This document shows positions 22,574 to 33,101 of a stretch of DNA of 46,856 nucleotides, in pieces. Source of the DNA: Craspedostauros australis (lineage: Eukaryota); NCBI GenBank assembly GCA_030167865.1, contig JALAGF010004474.1:1-46856 (forward strand), written 5' to 3'. Every line of letters begins with the position of its first letter. Positions within the stretch are counted from its first letter, which is position 1. A program made the position numbers and the translations under genes. The notes under the pieces are model-generated. The model did no database searches and was not told the origin of the DNA. It saw only the letters and a program-made list of their open reading frames with translations.

Positions 22574-23789
22574 ATGAAGCTCGCCATCATTAGCATCATT
22601 CTCGCTTCCATCCACGGAAGCGCCGCCTTCACGGCACCGCGTCTTGCGTACAGCAGCCAGCAATCACTGACGAGAACGACAGTATCCCTCAACCTGCTGG
22701 ACCCCAACCACGTCCTGGAATCCGCCTCCAACTTCCTGGCCGACGTGCCAGACAAGGACTTCATCCCAGGCACGTCCGGCGAGGTCACGTACTCGCGTGC
22801 CAGCTACTACACCATCCTGGGCCTTTACCTCACCTCCTTCCCAGGACTGTGGTCCACCGTCAAGCGTTCCACCAATGCCAAGATGAAGAAGAAGACCTAC
22901 GTCACGCCTGGTGAAAACGTGGATGATGGCAAGAGCTTGCGGGAGCAGGCTGGTGAAATCATGGCCTGTGAGTTATCTGCGTCGTCGTTGGTGTTGGTAC
23001 TTGGGATTGCTATGGTGCATGCTGTTGCCATCATGAATTGCATTGTATTGTATCACATTGCTTCGGAGCGTTCTATCACATTTCATCCACTTCGAATACG
23101 CAAACTCCAGGGCTCCACAACCATTCACAATTACAGCACTATACTCACCCATGCATTCCATGAATCACATCAACTCCAAACATTACGACACACGATCGTG
23201 CAACACTCAGACATGAAATCGAACAATTACGAAGTCGTGGAGGCTGGTGAAACCATCACATTCCGTGGCCTCGTCCAACGCAGTTTGTCACAAGCCATGT
23301 TCTTGGTGTTCTGCACTGCCATCGGTATGGCATCGTTGGCGTTGGTCTTGCAGATTCAATTTCAGGGTTTGGGTAAGTACTGTCCTCAATTGCATTGTAT
23401 TGCGTTGCATCATATTGTATTGCATTGCGTTGTATTGCATTGTGTTGCATGCCCCGTTTTCTCTCATTCGACATCATTCCAATTCTCACATTATCATTTG
23501 TATGATGTTTCACAAACAACATACAATATCCCATATACGCACAGTCCTCCCGGTGATCGGAGAGCCCAACTGGTTCCTCCTCTGCCTCATCGCACCGTAC
23601 GCCGGAATTTACTACTGGACATCGGGCGATCGCGTCGATGATTGCGAGGTCAAATTGGAAGCCAATGACGATGACACCGAAAATTCCATCACCGTGTTGG
23701 GATCGGAGGAAGAATTGGAACGTATGTGGCGAACGCTGGAATGGCAAGAAAAGGGAATGGTCAAGGTGCAAGGATTGTTGGACGCGTAA
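22574..23789 (+). CDS. CCB1: Cofactor assembly of complex C subunit B, CCB1 (cytochrome b6 heme ci attachment); exons 22574-22967, 23211-23372, 23545-23789 (~266 aa)
   Basis: Motifs YSRASYYTILGLYLTSFPGLWSTVKRS, GETITFRG, PYAGIYYW, EELERMWRTLEWQEKGMVKVQGLL. Two GT-AG introns restore the frame. Presequence ends SAA-F. Confidence 0.9.
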
Positions 23790-24092
23790 GCGGGTGGCGC
23801 AGGTGGGAGTGTCGTACAATGTATGGCAAACATTGGATCACGCTGTGCTAGATATAGTTGGAAATGATCCTGGGATAGCACATACACAAAGCAGAGATCG
23901 CAAAGCAGAGAGACGAAGATTCTATGGTGAACCCACGCTCAGTCACGCGATCCCCATACATTTGCACTTGCGGTTGGACTACAATACGCTATGTACCACG
24001 GTCTCAAATCTGCTTTTCAATGGACACGATACAAGCGAAGTATTCCACCATTCTATAGCGTTACTATTAGTCTCTCTCTCTCTCCAACATTC

Positions 24093-27000
24093 TCATAACA
24101 CGCCCACGCAATATCGTTGATACCGATCGTACCAATCTGTCCTCCAATTCTCCAAACTCTCATCGACCAACGCGTTGACGTACTCCATGCAGGCACGATC
24201 GTTGAGATCGAGACGGAATCGTTCGCGCAATCCTCGAATGGCGTCGTCCGGTCGTCCGCGGAAGCATGCCAGGTCTTCGTTGCCCTTCTTCAGCATTTCC
24301 ACCAGCAGAATGATCTCCATGCAGTTGCGGCGCAGGGCGATGAAGCATTTGTAACACAAGAGGCGGAACGTGCGGAATAAGCGTGATTCGGGTCCATCCA
24401 TCACCTCCACCATCTCGCGGGATAATTTGAACGGCGCGCTTTCGAATCCGGTGTTCTTGCCCGGCGACGACAGGAAGAAGAATCCGAAGTCAATGTGAAT
24501 CAAATGACCCAGATTGTCCAGCAGAATATTGCCGTTGTGTCGATCCTTAATCTGAAGCAAGAAGCAGACGATGGAGTACGCCGCGAGGCTTTCGCAGAAG
24601 TTGGCCTTCGCGGCCGCCAGATCGTCCGACTCATCACCGAAGAAGGTGTGGAAGAAGTCCCGCAAGTTGGTGTAGTCAGGATCGTTCTTCTTGAGGGATG
24701 CGATGGAAATCGTGTCGGGGATGGCCTCGATGATGCCACCTCTGTCCGTGATGGCGAGGATCTCGTAGGGGCACAGCCACACAGGGACTCGTTCGCGAGC
24801 AAGGATCATGGCGATTCGGAAGATGAGCTGCGATGCCAGCTGCTCCTGCCTCAGATCGTCGTTGGACTTGATGAGGATGGGAACGAGCTTCCAATCGGGA
24901 TGCGACCCATAGATGGACTTGGCGCTTATCCTGTCCTCCTTGTCCATCCATTGCTCCTTGAAGACGACCGGAGGTGGCCGTGCCTTGTTCGCCTTGCGTG
25001 GATCCTGTTGGATGCTATCTCTCGAACGGGTCCGTTTGTGGGTGCGCGTGGTGGCTTGCGTTCTTCGATTCGTCACGCCATGCGCGCCGTAGGTTTGATG
25101 ATCGCTGTTGTTGTTGTTGTTGTTGTTGGCGGCGGAAACTCGATTGCGTGGAGCGTTCTGCGAGACGATCATGGTGGGCATCACCAGAGAATCGTCCATG
25201 GGATCCACCACGCTCTTTTGGGACATACGGGCGTGAACACTGGGTGAGGCCCATTGTCCCATAACTTGTGTGCTCTTTCTGGCTCGCGGGGTTCCCGGTG
25301 GTGACGGAGGGATGACCACATCTGCCGACTCATCAAACGTGACCAATGACCTCCTCATGCCTGGACGACTCGGTACCTTGAGAACACCGCTGGCCTTGCC
25401 GTTGGGTTCTGCGCGCTTTTCGGATCCTTGCGCTGGTTTGGATGGCGTCCCGGATTGCGATTCATTGGGACCGCGTTCGATATCCGTGGTAACCACGGGC
25501 TTGCCCGATTCTGTTGGCGACGGCGGTGCCGATTCGTCAATGTTGTCGGGGACATTGAGAGTGAGCATTTCGCGGATACTCTGATTCGTCTCGCGCAGCG
25601 TGTGTCGCACACTCGTTCTCATCTGATGCAACGGGATTTTGCGAATGCTATGACGCACCGAGTGTGCCAACTTCTTCAACGGGGCATCGCGGCGATGGGG
25701 ATCGCGATCTCCGAATCGCCATTCCTGCAGCAATTGGTATTCTTCTCGCGACGTGGACGCATCCAACCCGCTGCGCGAGGTGCGATGAAGCGTTCTCCTG
25801 GCCTCGCCCGATCCCGCCTTCGATGGACATTGGATGACTTCCAAACAGACGATGCATGGCACGCGTTCCTTGGTGCTGATGGCGATGGATTCATCCGCGA
25901 CGATCCTCCACACTCTGTGGTCACAATCGCGAATCGGGAGGTAGACAGAATTGGACGGCAACGCCTGGCACTCCAAGATCTTGAGCCGTCTCACGAGCTC
26001 GTCGGCCCGTTTCTCTTTCGGTGTTTCGAAGAGACGATCGGCCATATCCAGCAAAGAGTCCAAGAAGAGCGGCGTGACATCGAAGAAGGTGTCGCCGAGA
26101 TCGGGTTCGGCGCTCGCCGTGAGATCCAAAGGTAGGAAGCCGAACTTGCGCTGCGCCGAATACGAATCCCAATGGCGCGTCGATGGCATGCCCGTCTGCG
26201 GATCGATCGGGATGGTCCCCGATTCTGCCGCGAGCATCAACGCGGACGGCGAGACCTCGATGGTGGTTTCCGCGTCAGCGTGGCCGTTGCCAAACTGCTT
26301 CAACCTCGCGGCCTCTTCGCCGTACTCCATGACGCGGATGAGAAGTCCTTCGAGGACCATGCGCTCCTGCGGCAGGAACTTGTTTTCGGCGCCGCTCGCG
26401 TCGTCATCCATGGATGCGAGCAGCTCGGTGCTGGACGCCGCCACCATGCTGGACATGCTGTTGGAGCGACTGATCCTCTGCTTGTCGGCCGACTCCTTGA
26501 TCTCGAGGCACCAGGCACGCAGGAACCAGTAGCAGCGATGCGCAAAGTAGACGTTGCGCTTGCACTTTTCGAGCACCCAATTTTCTAGGTCGGCGGACGA
26601 TTCGTACGCGCCGTGGAGGAGGAAGGATAGCAATTGCGGCACGAAGAACATGAGCGAGGCGCCATCATCGGCCGCGTAGACGTAGTCGAGATGGCCGTTG
26701 CGCAGGACGTCTTCGTAAGCAAAGAGCTGCAGCAGGACGCGGAAGGGGGTTAGCTGGCGATGCATGATGTCCTGGCCGTTGTGCGAGCGGCTCGTGGAGG
26801 ATCGGTAGTCGCTGAGGAACTTGGTCCACTCCTTCTTGGTCGCCTTCATGCGCGACTGCACCTCGTGCACGAACTCCGCCGTCATGAGCTGCAATCGGTT
26901 GTTGAGGGAGCCGTTGGAGCCCTGTCGACGCAGCGGTCTGGGGGCATTGTCGGTGGACTCGACCGATCCGGGCAGCAATGAATTGAGCTCCGGGTCGTCG

Positions 27001-27506
27001 CCCTGCTCCCGCACGAAGTAGAAGAGCACGCGCTGCCTGCGGCCCTGAATGTCGGCGCTGGCGGGCGCCGTCGATCGCACATGCAGGAAGAGGAGGACGT
27101 GGCACATCGCGGACAGCAGGGACAGGCCCAGCAGGGTCCACACGTGCCTGGTCAGCTCGTCGTGGTGCGTGAACGAGCGTCCCGGCGTCGGCACAAGCGT
27201 CGTGAGGCTCTGCGGATCCACCATGCCGAGCGACAGCATGTGCAGCAGCACCGTGAAGATGGTGGCGACGTAGAACGTCTGGTAGAGGCAGGGGCATTTG
27301 ACGGCCGTGCCCGTGTAGGATCGGTACGTCAGAGGCACGATGAGCAGCACCAGCCGCAGTATCGCCACAGGCAAGATGTAGGGGGTCTTGAACACCGCGC
27401 GTGCCTCCAGTTCGGCCTGCGCATTCGCCACATCGGCGTGCAACGAGAAGTGGACGACGATGGTGTCGCACACGGCCGCTCCGATGGCGGGGATGAGGAA
27501 CGGCAT
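24093..27506 (-). CDS. Phosphatidylinositol 4-kinase, type III-beta/Pik1-like, with N-terminal hydrophobic helices
   Basis: Motifs IKSNDDLRQEQLASQLI, IKDRHNGNILLD, HIDFGF, FESAPFKL, STKERVPCIVCLEV, and helical-domain FFVPQLLSFL. Confidence 0.93.
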   Translation of the reverse strand: MPFLIPAIGAAVCDTIVVHFSLHADVANAQAELEARAVFKTPYILPVAILRLVLLIVPLTYRSYTGTAVKCPCLYQTFYVATIFTVLLHMLSLGMVDPQSLTTLVPTPGRSFTHHDELTRHVWTLLGLSLLSAMCHVLLFLHVRSTAPASADIQGRRQRVLFYFVREQGDDPELNSLLPGSVESTDNAPRPLRRQGSNGSLNNRLQLMTAEFVHEVQSRMKATKKEWTKFLSDYRSSTSRSHNGQDIMHRQLTPFRVLLQLFAYEDVLRNGHLDYVYAADDGASLMFFVPQLLSFLLHGAYESSADLENWVLEKCKRNVYFAHRCYWFLRAWCLEIKESADKQRISRSNSMSSMVAASSTELLASMDDDASGAENKFLPQERMVLEGLLIRVMEYGEEAARLKQFGNGHADAETTIEVSPSALMLAAESGTIPIDPQTGMPSTRHWDSYSAQRKFGFLPLDLTASAEPDLGDTFFDVTPLFLDSLLDMADRLFETPKEKRADELVRRLKILECQALPSNSVYLPIRDCDHRVWRIVADESIAISTKERVPCIVCLEVIQCPSKAGSGEARRTLHRTSRSGLDASTSREEYQLLQEWRFGDRDPHRRDAPLKKLAHSVRHSIRKIPLHQMRTSVRHTLRETNQSIREMLTLNVPDNIDESAPPSPTESGKPVVTTDIERGPNESQSGTPSKPAQGSEKRAEPNGKASGVLKVPSRPGMRRSLVTFDESADVVIPPSPPGTPRARKSTQVMGQWASPSVHARMSQKSVVDPMDDSLVMPTMIVSQNAPRNRVSAANNNNNNNSDHQTYGAHGVTNRRTQATTRTHKRTRSRDSIQQDPRKANKARPPPVVFKEQWMDKEDRISAKSIYGSHPDWKLVPILIKSNDDLRQEQLASQLIFRIAMILARERVPVWLCPYEILAITDRGGIIEAIPDTISIASLKKNDPDYTNLRDFFHTFFGDESDDLAAAKANFCESLAAYSIVCFLLQIKDRHNGNILLDNLGHLIHIDFGFFFLSSPGKNTGFESAPFKLSREMVEVMDGPESRLFRTFRLLCYKCFIALRRNCMEIILLVEMLKKGNEDLACFRGRPDDAIRGLRERFRLDLNDRACMEYVNALVDESLENWRTDWYDRYQRYCVGVL

Positions 27507-28554
27507 GTTCGTGGCTGTGTCTGTGTCTATGCCTGTGTCTGTGTCTGTGCCTTTGTATTGAGGCTGCCGTTGCTATACCCCAATAGAATACAATATTAGA
27601 TGATGGAGCCGTATGATCCCGTGCGCAATTGGGGATGCTCTGGTGGCGAAGCTGACGGGAACGAATCTCAGTAGCGTGCGATTCGTCTCCGCTGCGCGAG
27701 TGGGCACTATAGTATTCTATTCTGCTATAGTCTGCTCTATTGCCTCTCTTGCTCTGATCGGCACAAAAAGCACAATACAGCACAGTCTCTGATGTCTGAT
27801 GCGCTGTTGTAGAATATGTGCTCAGGGTGTGCTTGCCTTATCTTGTGTGGTGTCTTGTGGAGTATGATCTGTTTGTGTTCCTGTGGTTGTGGTTGGCGAC
27901 GCAGTCCCCGTTTTCTCCAGATGCCTCTCCTTCTTCATCTCCCCACCAACCGCAGACATGGCAGCAACAACGACAAGAACAGCGACGAAGACGAACTTGA
28001 CAGTCGTGGCGCGCGTTTTTGGAGGCATTTCGGAGACGCCTTGTTCTCTCTCGTCCTCTAGCTTCGTGGTAGCGTTGCACGTGATTGACCTTTTTGAACG
28101 AAGAAGACATGGGCAAGACATCTTGTACGACAAATGTTTGTCCGATAAGATATTTTGGTTTTCCGTTCACTGCGCACGTTTCGAATAATGCTATTTAACT
28201 CAAATTCACCGCTTCTCCAAGGAAAGAGGAAAAACGGAGGATGCGAGATCGCGGAAGTCTCGATGTAGAGCAAACGAAGCTACAAGTATGTGTGTATCTG
28301 CGCATTTCGTCCCTGGATCGGTCGCGAATGAGGTCGGTCTCCCCATCTCATTCCTAGTCCATCCAGTCTCGCTTCAGCCTTGTTCCGACATCACTGTTGC
28401 ATCGTGGCTACCATCGCATTCATTCCTTCATCAGGCACGATTTGCCAGCTCGCAACCTTGCTTCCTATAGAATAGAGCATTATAGTGTATCACATCACAT
28501 CACATCATGTCATATCGTATCATTTTATATTCGACCATTGAGAGAGTAATTGAA

Positions 28555-29937
28555 TCATAACTCCACGTGGTAGTGCTCCCCATATTGCCCCTCTACCGTG
28601 TACAATTCGAAGCCTTCCTCCTTGTCCTCCGTGTACAGCCGGAATGTGTGGCCCGGGTGGGACGACTCGACGAAGGTCTCGCCCTGCTTGATGTGAGAGA
28701 CCTGGATCTCTCCGCCGTACTCGTGATCGGCCCAGTAGAGATCGATGTCCTTCGTTTTGGCGGAGAAGGTCACCTTGACGTAGGCATCGTGCGGCAGATC
28801 CTCGCCGCTGAGCAGGGCCTCGACTCCTATGGCGACCACCTGCACCTGCTCGTCGGTCAGGACGGGGATGCGGGACAGCGCGACCGCGGAGTTCTCCTTC
28901 ATGTGCCCGAGGTTGGTGCTTCGCGGAATGACGGTGATGTGGTGCTGAATGAGCCACGCCAGAACGATCTGGGCGGGAGAGATCTCCTCGCCGGGATTGA
29001 GCGCGTCGGCCTTGTAGAGCTCCTCGTCGATGCCGCTGGCGACGGACATGATGTGGTGGAAGGCGTTGGGCGCGCTGTTTCCTTTTCGTATGACGGACTC
29101 CATGACATTGAACGTCATCAGGTGAATGTTGTTCCTGTGACAAAACTCCACGAGCAGCGGGTCATACAGCAGCGACCACATGCTGGTCTGCACGATGTGC
29201 GGCTGCACCTTTGCCAGCTCCGTGAGCTCCGTCAGCTCTTTGGTGTGAAAGTTGGAAACGCCGATGCTGGCGACGGGGCTGGACTTATTGAGGTACAGCT
29301 CCTCCAGGGCCTTCCAGCTGCCCTTCCAGGCGTTGTCTTTGTCGAGGTGCGGTGCCGGTCCTGCCGCCTTGACGTAGCTGGGCAGCGCCAATTCCTCCTG
29401 CTCGCAATCCATCCATTGGATGCTGTCGTAGCAACGCGGCCAGTGGATCAAAAAGTGGAGCTTCAAATCAACATCCTTGTCGTCTATGACCTCCTTGAGG
29501 TCCGCCAGCGACCCTTCCACAGCCAGCTTCGTGCGCTCGTAGCCAAGATGCGTGTACCAGATCTTCGTGACAACATGAATTTCGAGCCGCTTGGTGGTGG
29601 TCGTCGCTCTTATCTCCTCAACGCCCTCCACGATTCCTTTGGCCACATACCGTTCGTTCCGACTGATGTGCGACGTGTCGATTAGCCGGATCTTCTTGTC
29701 GTCGCGGATGGCATGGTTTATAACGGCAGGGATGACCTCGGCCATCATGTTGCCGACGCCGAGTCCGACGAGGGGGAGCTTGACTCCGTTCGACAATCTG
29801 GCTGTCGGGATCTCGTCGTCATTCCGTCTTCCGCCGAACACGCGCTTGAAGAACCCTTGCTGTGCATCGGAATGTCCTATCAGTGAGAGCAGCAAACATG
29901 CCAGATGGATACCCCTGAGCTGTAATATTCGCTTCAT
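28555..29937 (-). CDS. Secretory-pathway AKR-fold protein with a C-terminal VHL-beta-like domain and an HVEL end
   Basis: Signal peptide (SDA-Q). AKR segments LSNGVKLPLVGLG, IDTS, VTKIW, IHWP, WKALEELY, IGVSNF, VIPRS. C-terminal DLYW...G......SHPGHTF segment. Confidence 0.85.
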   Translation of the reverse strand: MKRILQLRGIHLACLLLSLIGHSDAQQGFFKRVFGGRRNDDEIPTARLSNGVKLPLVGLGVGNMMAEVIPAVINHAIRDDKKIRLIDTSHISRNERYVAKGIVEGVEEIRATTTTKRLEIHVVTKIWYTHLGYERTKLAVEGSLADLKEVIDDKDVDLKLHFLIHWPRCYDSIQWMDCEQEELALPSYVKAAGPAPHLDKDNAWKGSWKALEELYLNKSSPVASIGVSNFHTKELTELTELAKVQPHIVQTSMWSLLYDPLLVEFCHRNNIHLMTFNVMESVIRKGNSAPNAFHHIMSVASGIDEELYKADALNPGEEISPAQIVLAWLIQHHITVIPRSTNLGHMKENSAVALSRIPVLTDEQVQVVAIGVEALLSGEDLPHDAYVKVTFSAKTKDIDLYWADHEYGGEIQVSHIKQGETFVESSHPGHTFRLYTEDKEEGFELYTVEGQYGEHYHVEL

Positions 29938-31302
29938 GTTGATTCGCTCTGGTTGGTTGGTTGCTTGGTTGGTTGATGGTTGCTAATGGATGGTTGCCAA
30001 TGGGTGATTGCCAATGGATGATTGATGGGTGGATCGGTCCGACTCGTGTATGTACGAGGATGGATGAGTGAGGGAGTATGCGAGTGCGTGCGTGCGTGCT
30101 GCCTACCTCTCAATGGAGTATGAATAGAGTATGAATAGTGTACGATTGAGTATAGTGGTCTGAAGGGTGAATAAATGAATGCCTAATCCGACGGCGTTGA
30201 TAGATTGGTTGATGGATCCGATGGATGGACGCGCCGATGCTCGGATCGCTAGATGAACTGATTGGGTTGATGCGTTGATGGCTATGATTGAGTCCAGCTA
30301 TCGATGCTCACAAGAGAATGTTTGTGTTACTTGGACGAAGATGGAATGGAATGGAATCGAATGCTTTTGATGATGTTCAGCCAATGACTCTGTACAACTA
30401 CGAAGTCTCTGATGGCTCGAAAGACCTCAGCCACAAGATTCGGAGTGCGAAAAAGGTTGGATGTCCCTTGTGTTCGCGATGCAGCAGGTTGGGATTGTAT
30501 TGGCGCGGTTGCAGGAACAAGCGGATGCTCCAGAGCGGTTGCAAGATGAAGGCAGATCTGTGATGAGCCTCGGCAGATGTCGACGGCTGTGATTGATGCC
30601 GAATGGTGACAGAGATGAGGATGTCCGTGGTGGCGGTCCCTTGTTTGTTGTCCCGTGCTTGCTACCTTGTTGAGTGTCAGTGTGTCGGTGACTGCTAGTT
30701 GCTCTCTTGTGTGGTATGTCTGGGTGTGGCCACGAGTAGTCGTTATGGTTTAGTCTTCGCCTCAGCGCAATCTTTTCGTCACAATTTGATGCCCCTGCAA
30801 CTCGTTCGATTATCACAACAGAGGGCCAGGCGTGGAGTAGTTGTTTGCCATGCAACCGAACCCTCTCCTCCTTGGCATCGCGTCGTTTTGTCTGACTTCG
30901 GCGGAAGATTTTGGCTGTTGTGCCAGCTCGATGACCCCCCGACGAGGTTTGTGTCCATCGAGGTCGTTCCTCGTGATGTGACGATGACCTCTTTTTCCGA
31001 TTGCTCGTGACTGGAGGTCCCGTACCTTCCATTTGGATTGGCAACTACAATTGGGACTTTCATAGTACATCCGTCGCCTTCCTTTCATCCACGACTGCAG
31101 CAACGTTTGAAACAACCGAAGCCGAATCGTTTGACATCACCAAACAAACACCCAACATGTCTGGTCTCGCGGCGGCACCGGTGCTGATGTGTGATGTTGT
31201 CTCCGTCCCTCCTCACCCTGACGAATTCCATCGCGGACGCGTACACACACGCAGCCTGCAGACACAACTCCACCCATCGTAACTGACAGTCGCAGCTCCA
31301 AC

Positions 31303-31383
31303 ATGGTGCTCTTCCTTCTGCAAATCAAGGCTGACACCGAGAATGTGAGGTATGGATTGATTGATTGATTGATTGGTTGGTTG

Positions 31384-31415
<32 letters not shown>

Positions 31416-32196
31416 GGTTGGTGGCAATGCTCCATGCGCCACATGTTCGATGAGGCCAGCTGGTGCTGAGGACTCTAACTCCAACAGCGACGTCGACAGT
31501 ACCACCAATGTCAGAGCATTTCTCATCTCCCGCGTCTTGTTACACCTTTCTCCATCTCTCATACAATGCCTGACGCCAACTTCGCACAAACACAACACAA
31601 CACAACACTCCTCGGTCTCATGCGGTACTTTGCTTTGCTCTTCTCTCTGCTATTGAACCGTACATGCCCCACCCCCGCTCTACTGCCCCGTCCCATGCCA
31701 CCCACTCAGCGAGGTCGCTCTGAAACGCGATGTGAATCTCCGAGTCTCCGTTCGCAACCCGCTCAACGACTACGAAGTGCGCGAGAATGTCGTCTTCAAT
31801 CCAAGCGAAACGCGGGAGCAGGATGAAGGCGCGCGAGAGCCAGCGCACCACTTCGCCCTGAAGTGGGAAGGCAGCAAGAAGATGTCCATCCTGCAGGTCC
31901 TCGACGACAAGGAGGCGGCATCGGCGCTCAAGAAGAAAAAGGCAAAGGGCCTGCAACCGAGGTCCATGACAAGCGAGGACAACGGCGGTTGGGTACCGAT
32001 CCTCGCCATGGAATGCAGAGGGCTGGAACCTTACGCGTTTCATCCGATGTCGGAGGAATTCGTCATCACGAGCGAAGGTGGCACCACGTTCGAAGAGGAG
32101 GTCGAATTGGGAGAAGGCGACTGGGCGGATTACGATGAGGACAATGATGCGCCCGTGTCGATGGAGGGCATCGAGTTCAAATTTGAGGCCGTCTAG
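31303..32196 (+). CDS. UPF0587/DUF866 (CZIB, C1orf123-like) homologue; exons 31303-31349 and 31710-32196 (~177 aa)
   Basis: N-terminus MVLFLLQIKADTENV, then MECRGLEPYAFHP, GTTF, DWADYDE, PVSM. A phase-2 GT-AG intron restores the frame. Confidence 0.85.
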
Positions 32197-33101
32197 AGCG
32201 TTCGCACAGCGTGTTCGAATCCACGCGGGGCATCCGCGGGTCATTGCGCTGGTTGTTGGAACTTCCATTGGAGACCATCCCCTGATTGAATTCATGCCAT
32301 GACGGGTCATCAGCAGCCTCATCCACAAGCTGAAACAAACTTCTGCGGCCTTTGGTCCTGCTACCATTGCTTTGCACGCATTCGAGATGCGATTGAGGCA
32401 AGACAACTATTGCAGCACAGTGGAAACTATTATATGATAGAGTAAATGAAAGACTGACGACTTAGATCGCACTGCAGGAGGATCAATGTATTATATTACA
32501 CGTCCCATGATCCAATCTCTCATGTGGAGTGCTCAGAGATGGTCGCCAAGTTGGGTGCATCATGTCGTGGTAGAACAGATCCAGCTTCTTGCTTCGTTTC
32601 TGCAATATCAATCGTGAATTGACTCGTTCGATTACAGGTCAGACCATCAAGAAGATCATGAAAGAAGAGAACACGAAGCCAACAGAGAAACCTGAAACCA
32701 CAACGCGCGACATCAACAGATACCATCGTGTCGCGTTCCACGACGCAACATCGTGTTGAGATGTCATGTGATGCCATGCGATTCAGAAAGAACATTCTGA
32801 TGATGGGTTGACGATCGACTGTCCAAACACAAGCATACTATACTATGCATACGAGCAGACCATAGGGAGAGAGGCTCTGAGTGACGACAACATCCATATA
32901 CATAGAGAGAGAGAGAGAGCGTCGTACTCTACCATACTTGTGCGAGTTCAAGTGCGAGGACGAGCAGGAGCCTGAGCACATCACGAGAGCAATCCGAGAC
33001 ACGATCGTGGAAAGCGGTCAGTCGTTGCGCGAGAGAAGAACACAGAGCAGAGTGCTCTGCCACAAGAAGAGATCATCAAAGACAACTCATAACGAAGAGA
33101 A

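Noticed and set aside
32209-32226. T-arm/B-box-like GCGTGTTCGAATCCACGC just after the CZIB-like stop codon
   Set aside because: The stem register is off by one, and no D-arm, anticodon arm or acceptor stem can be built.
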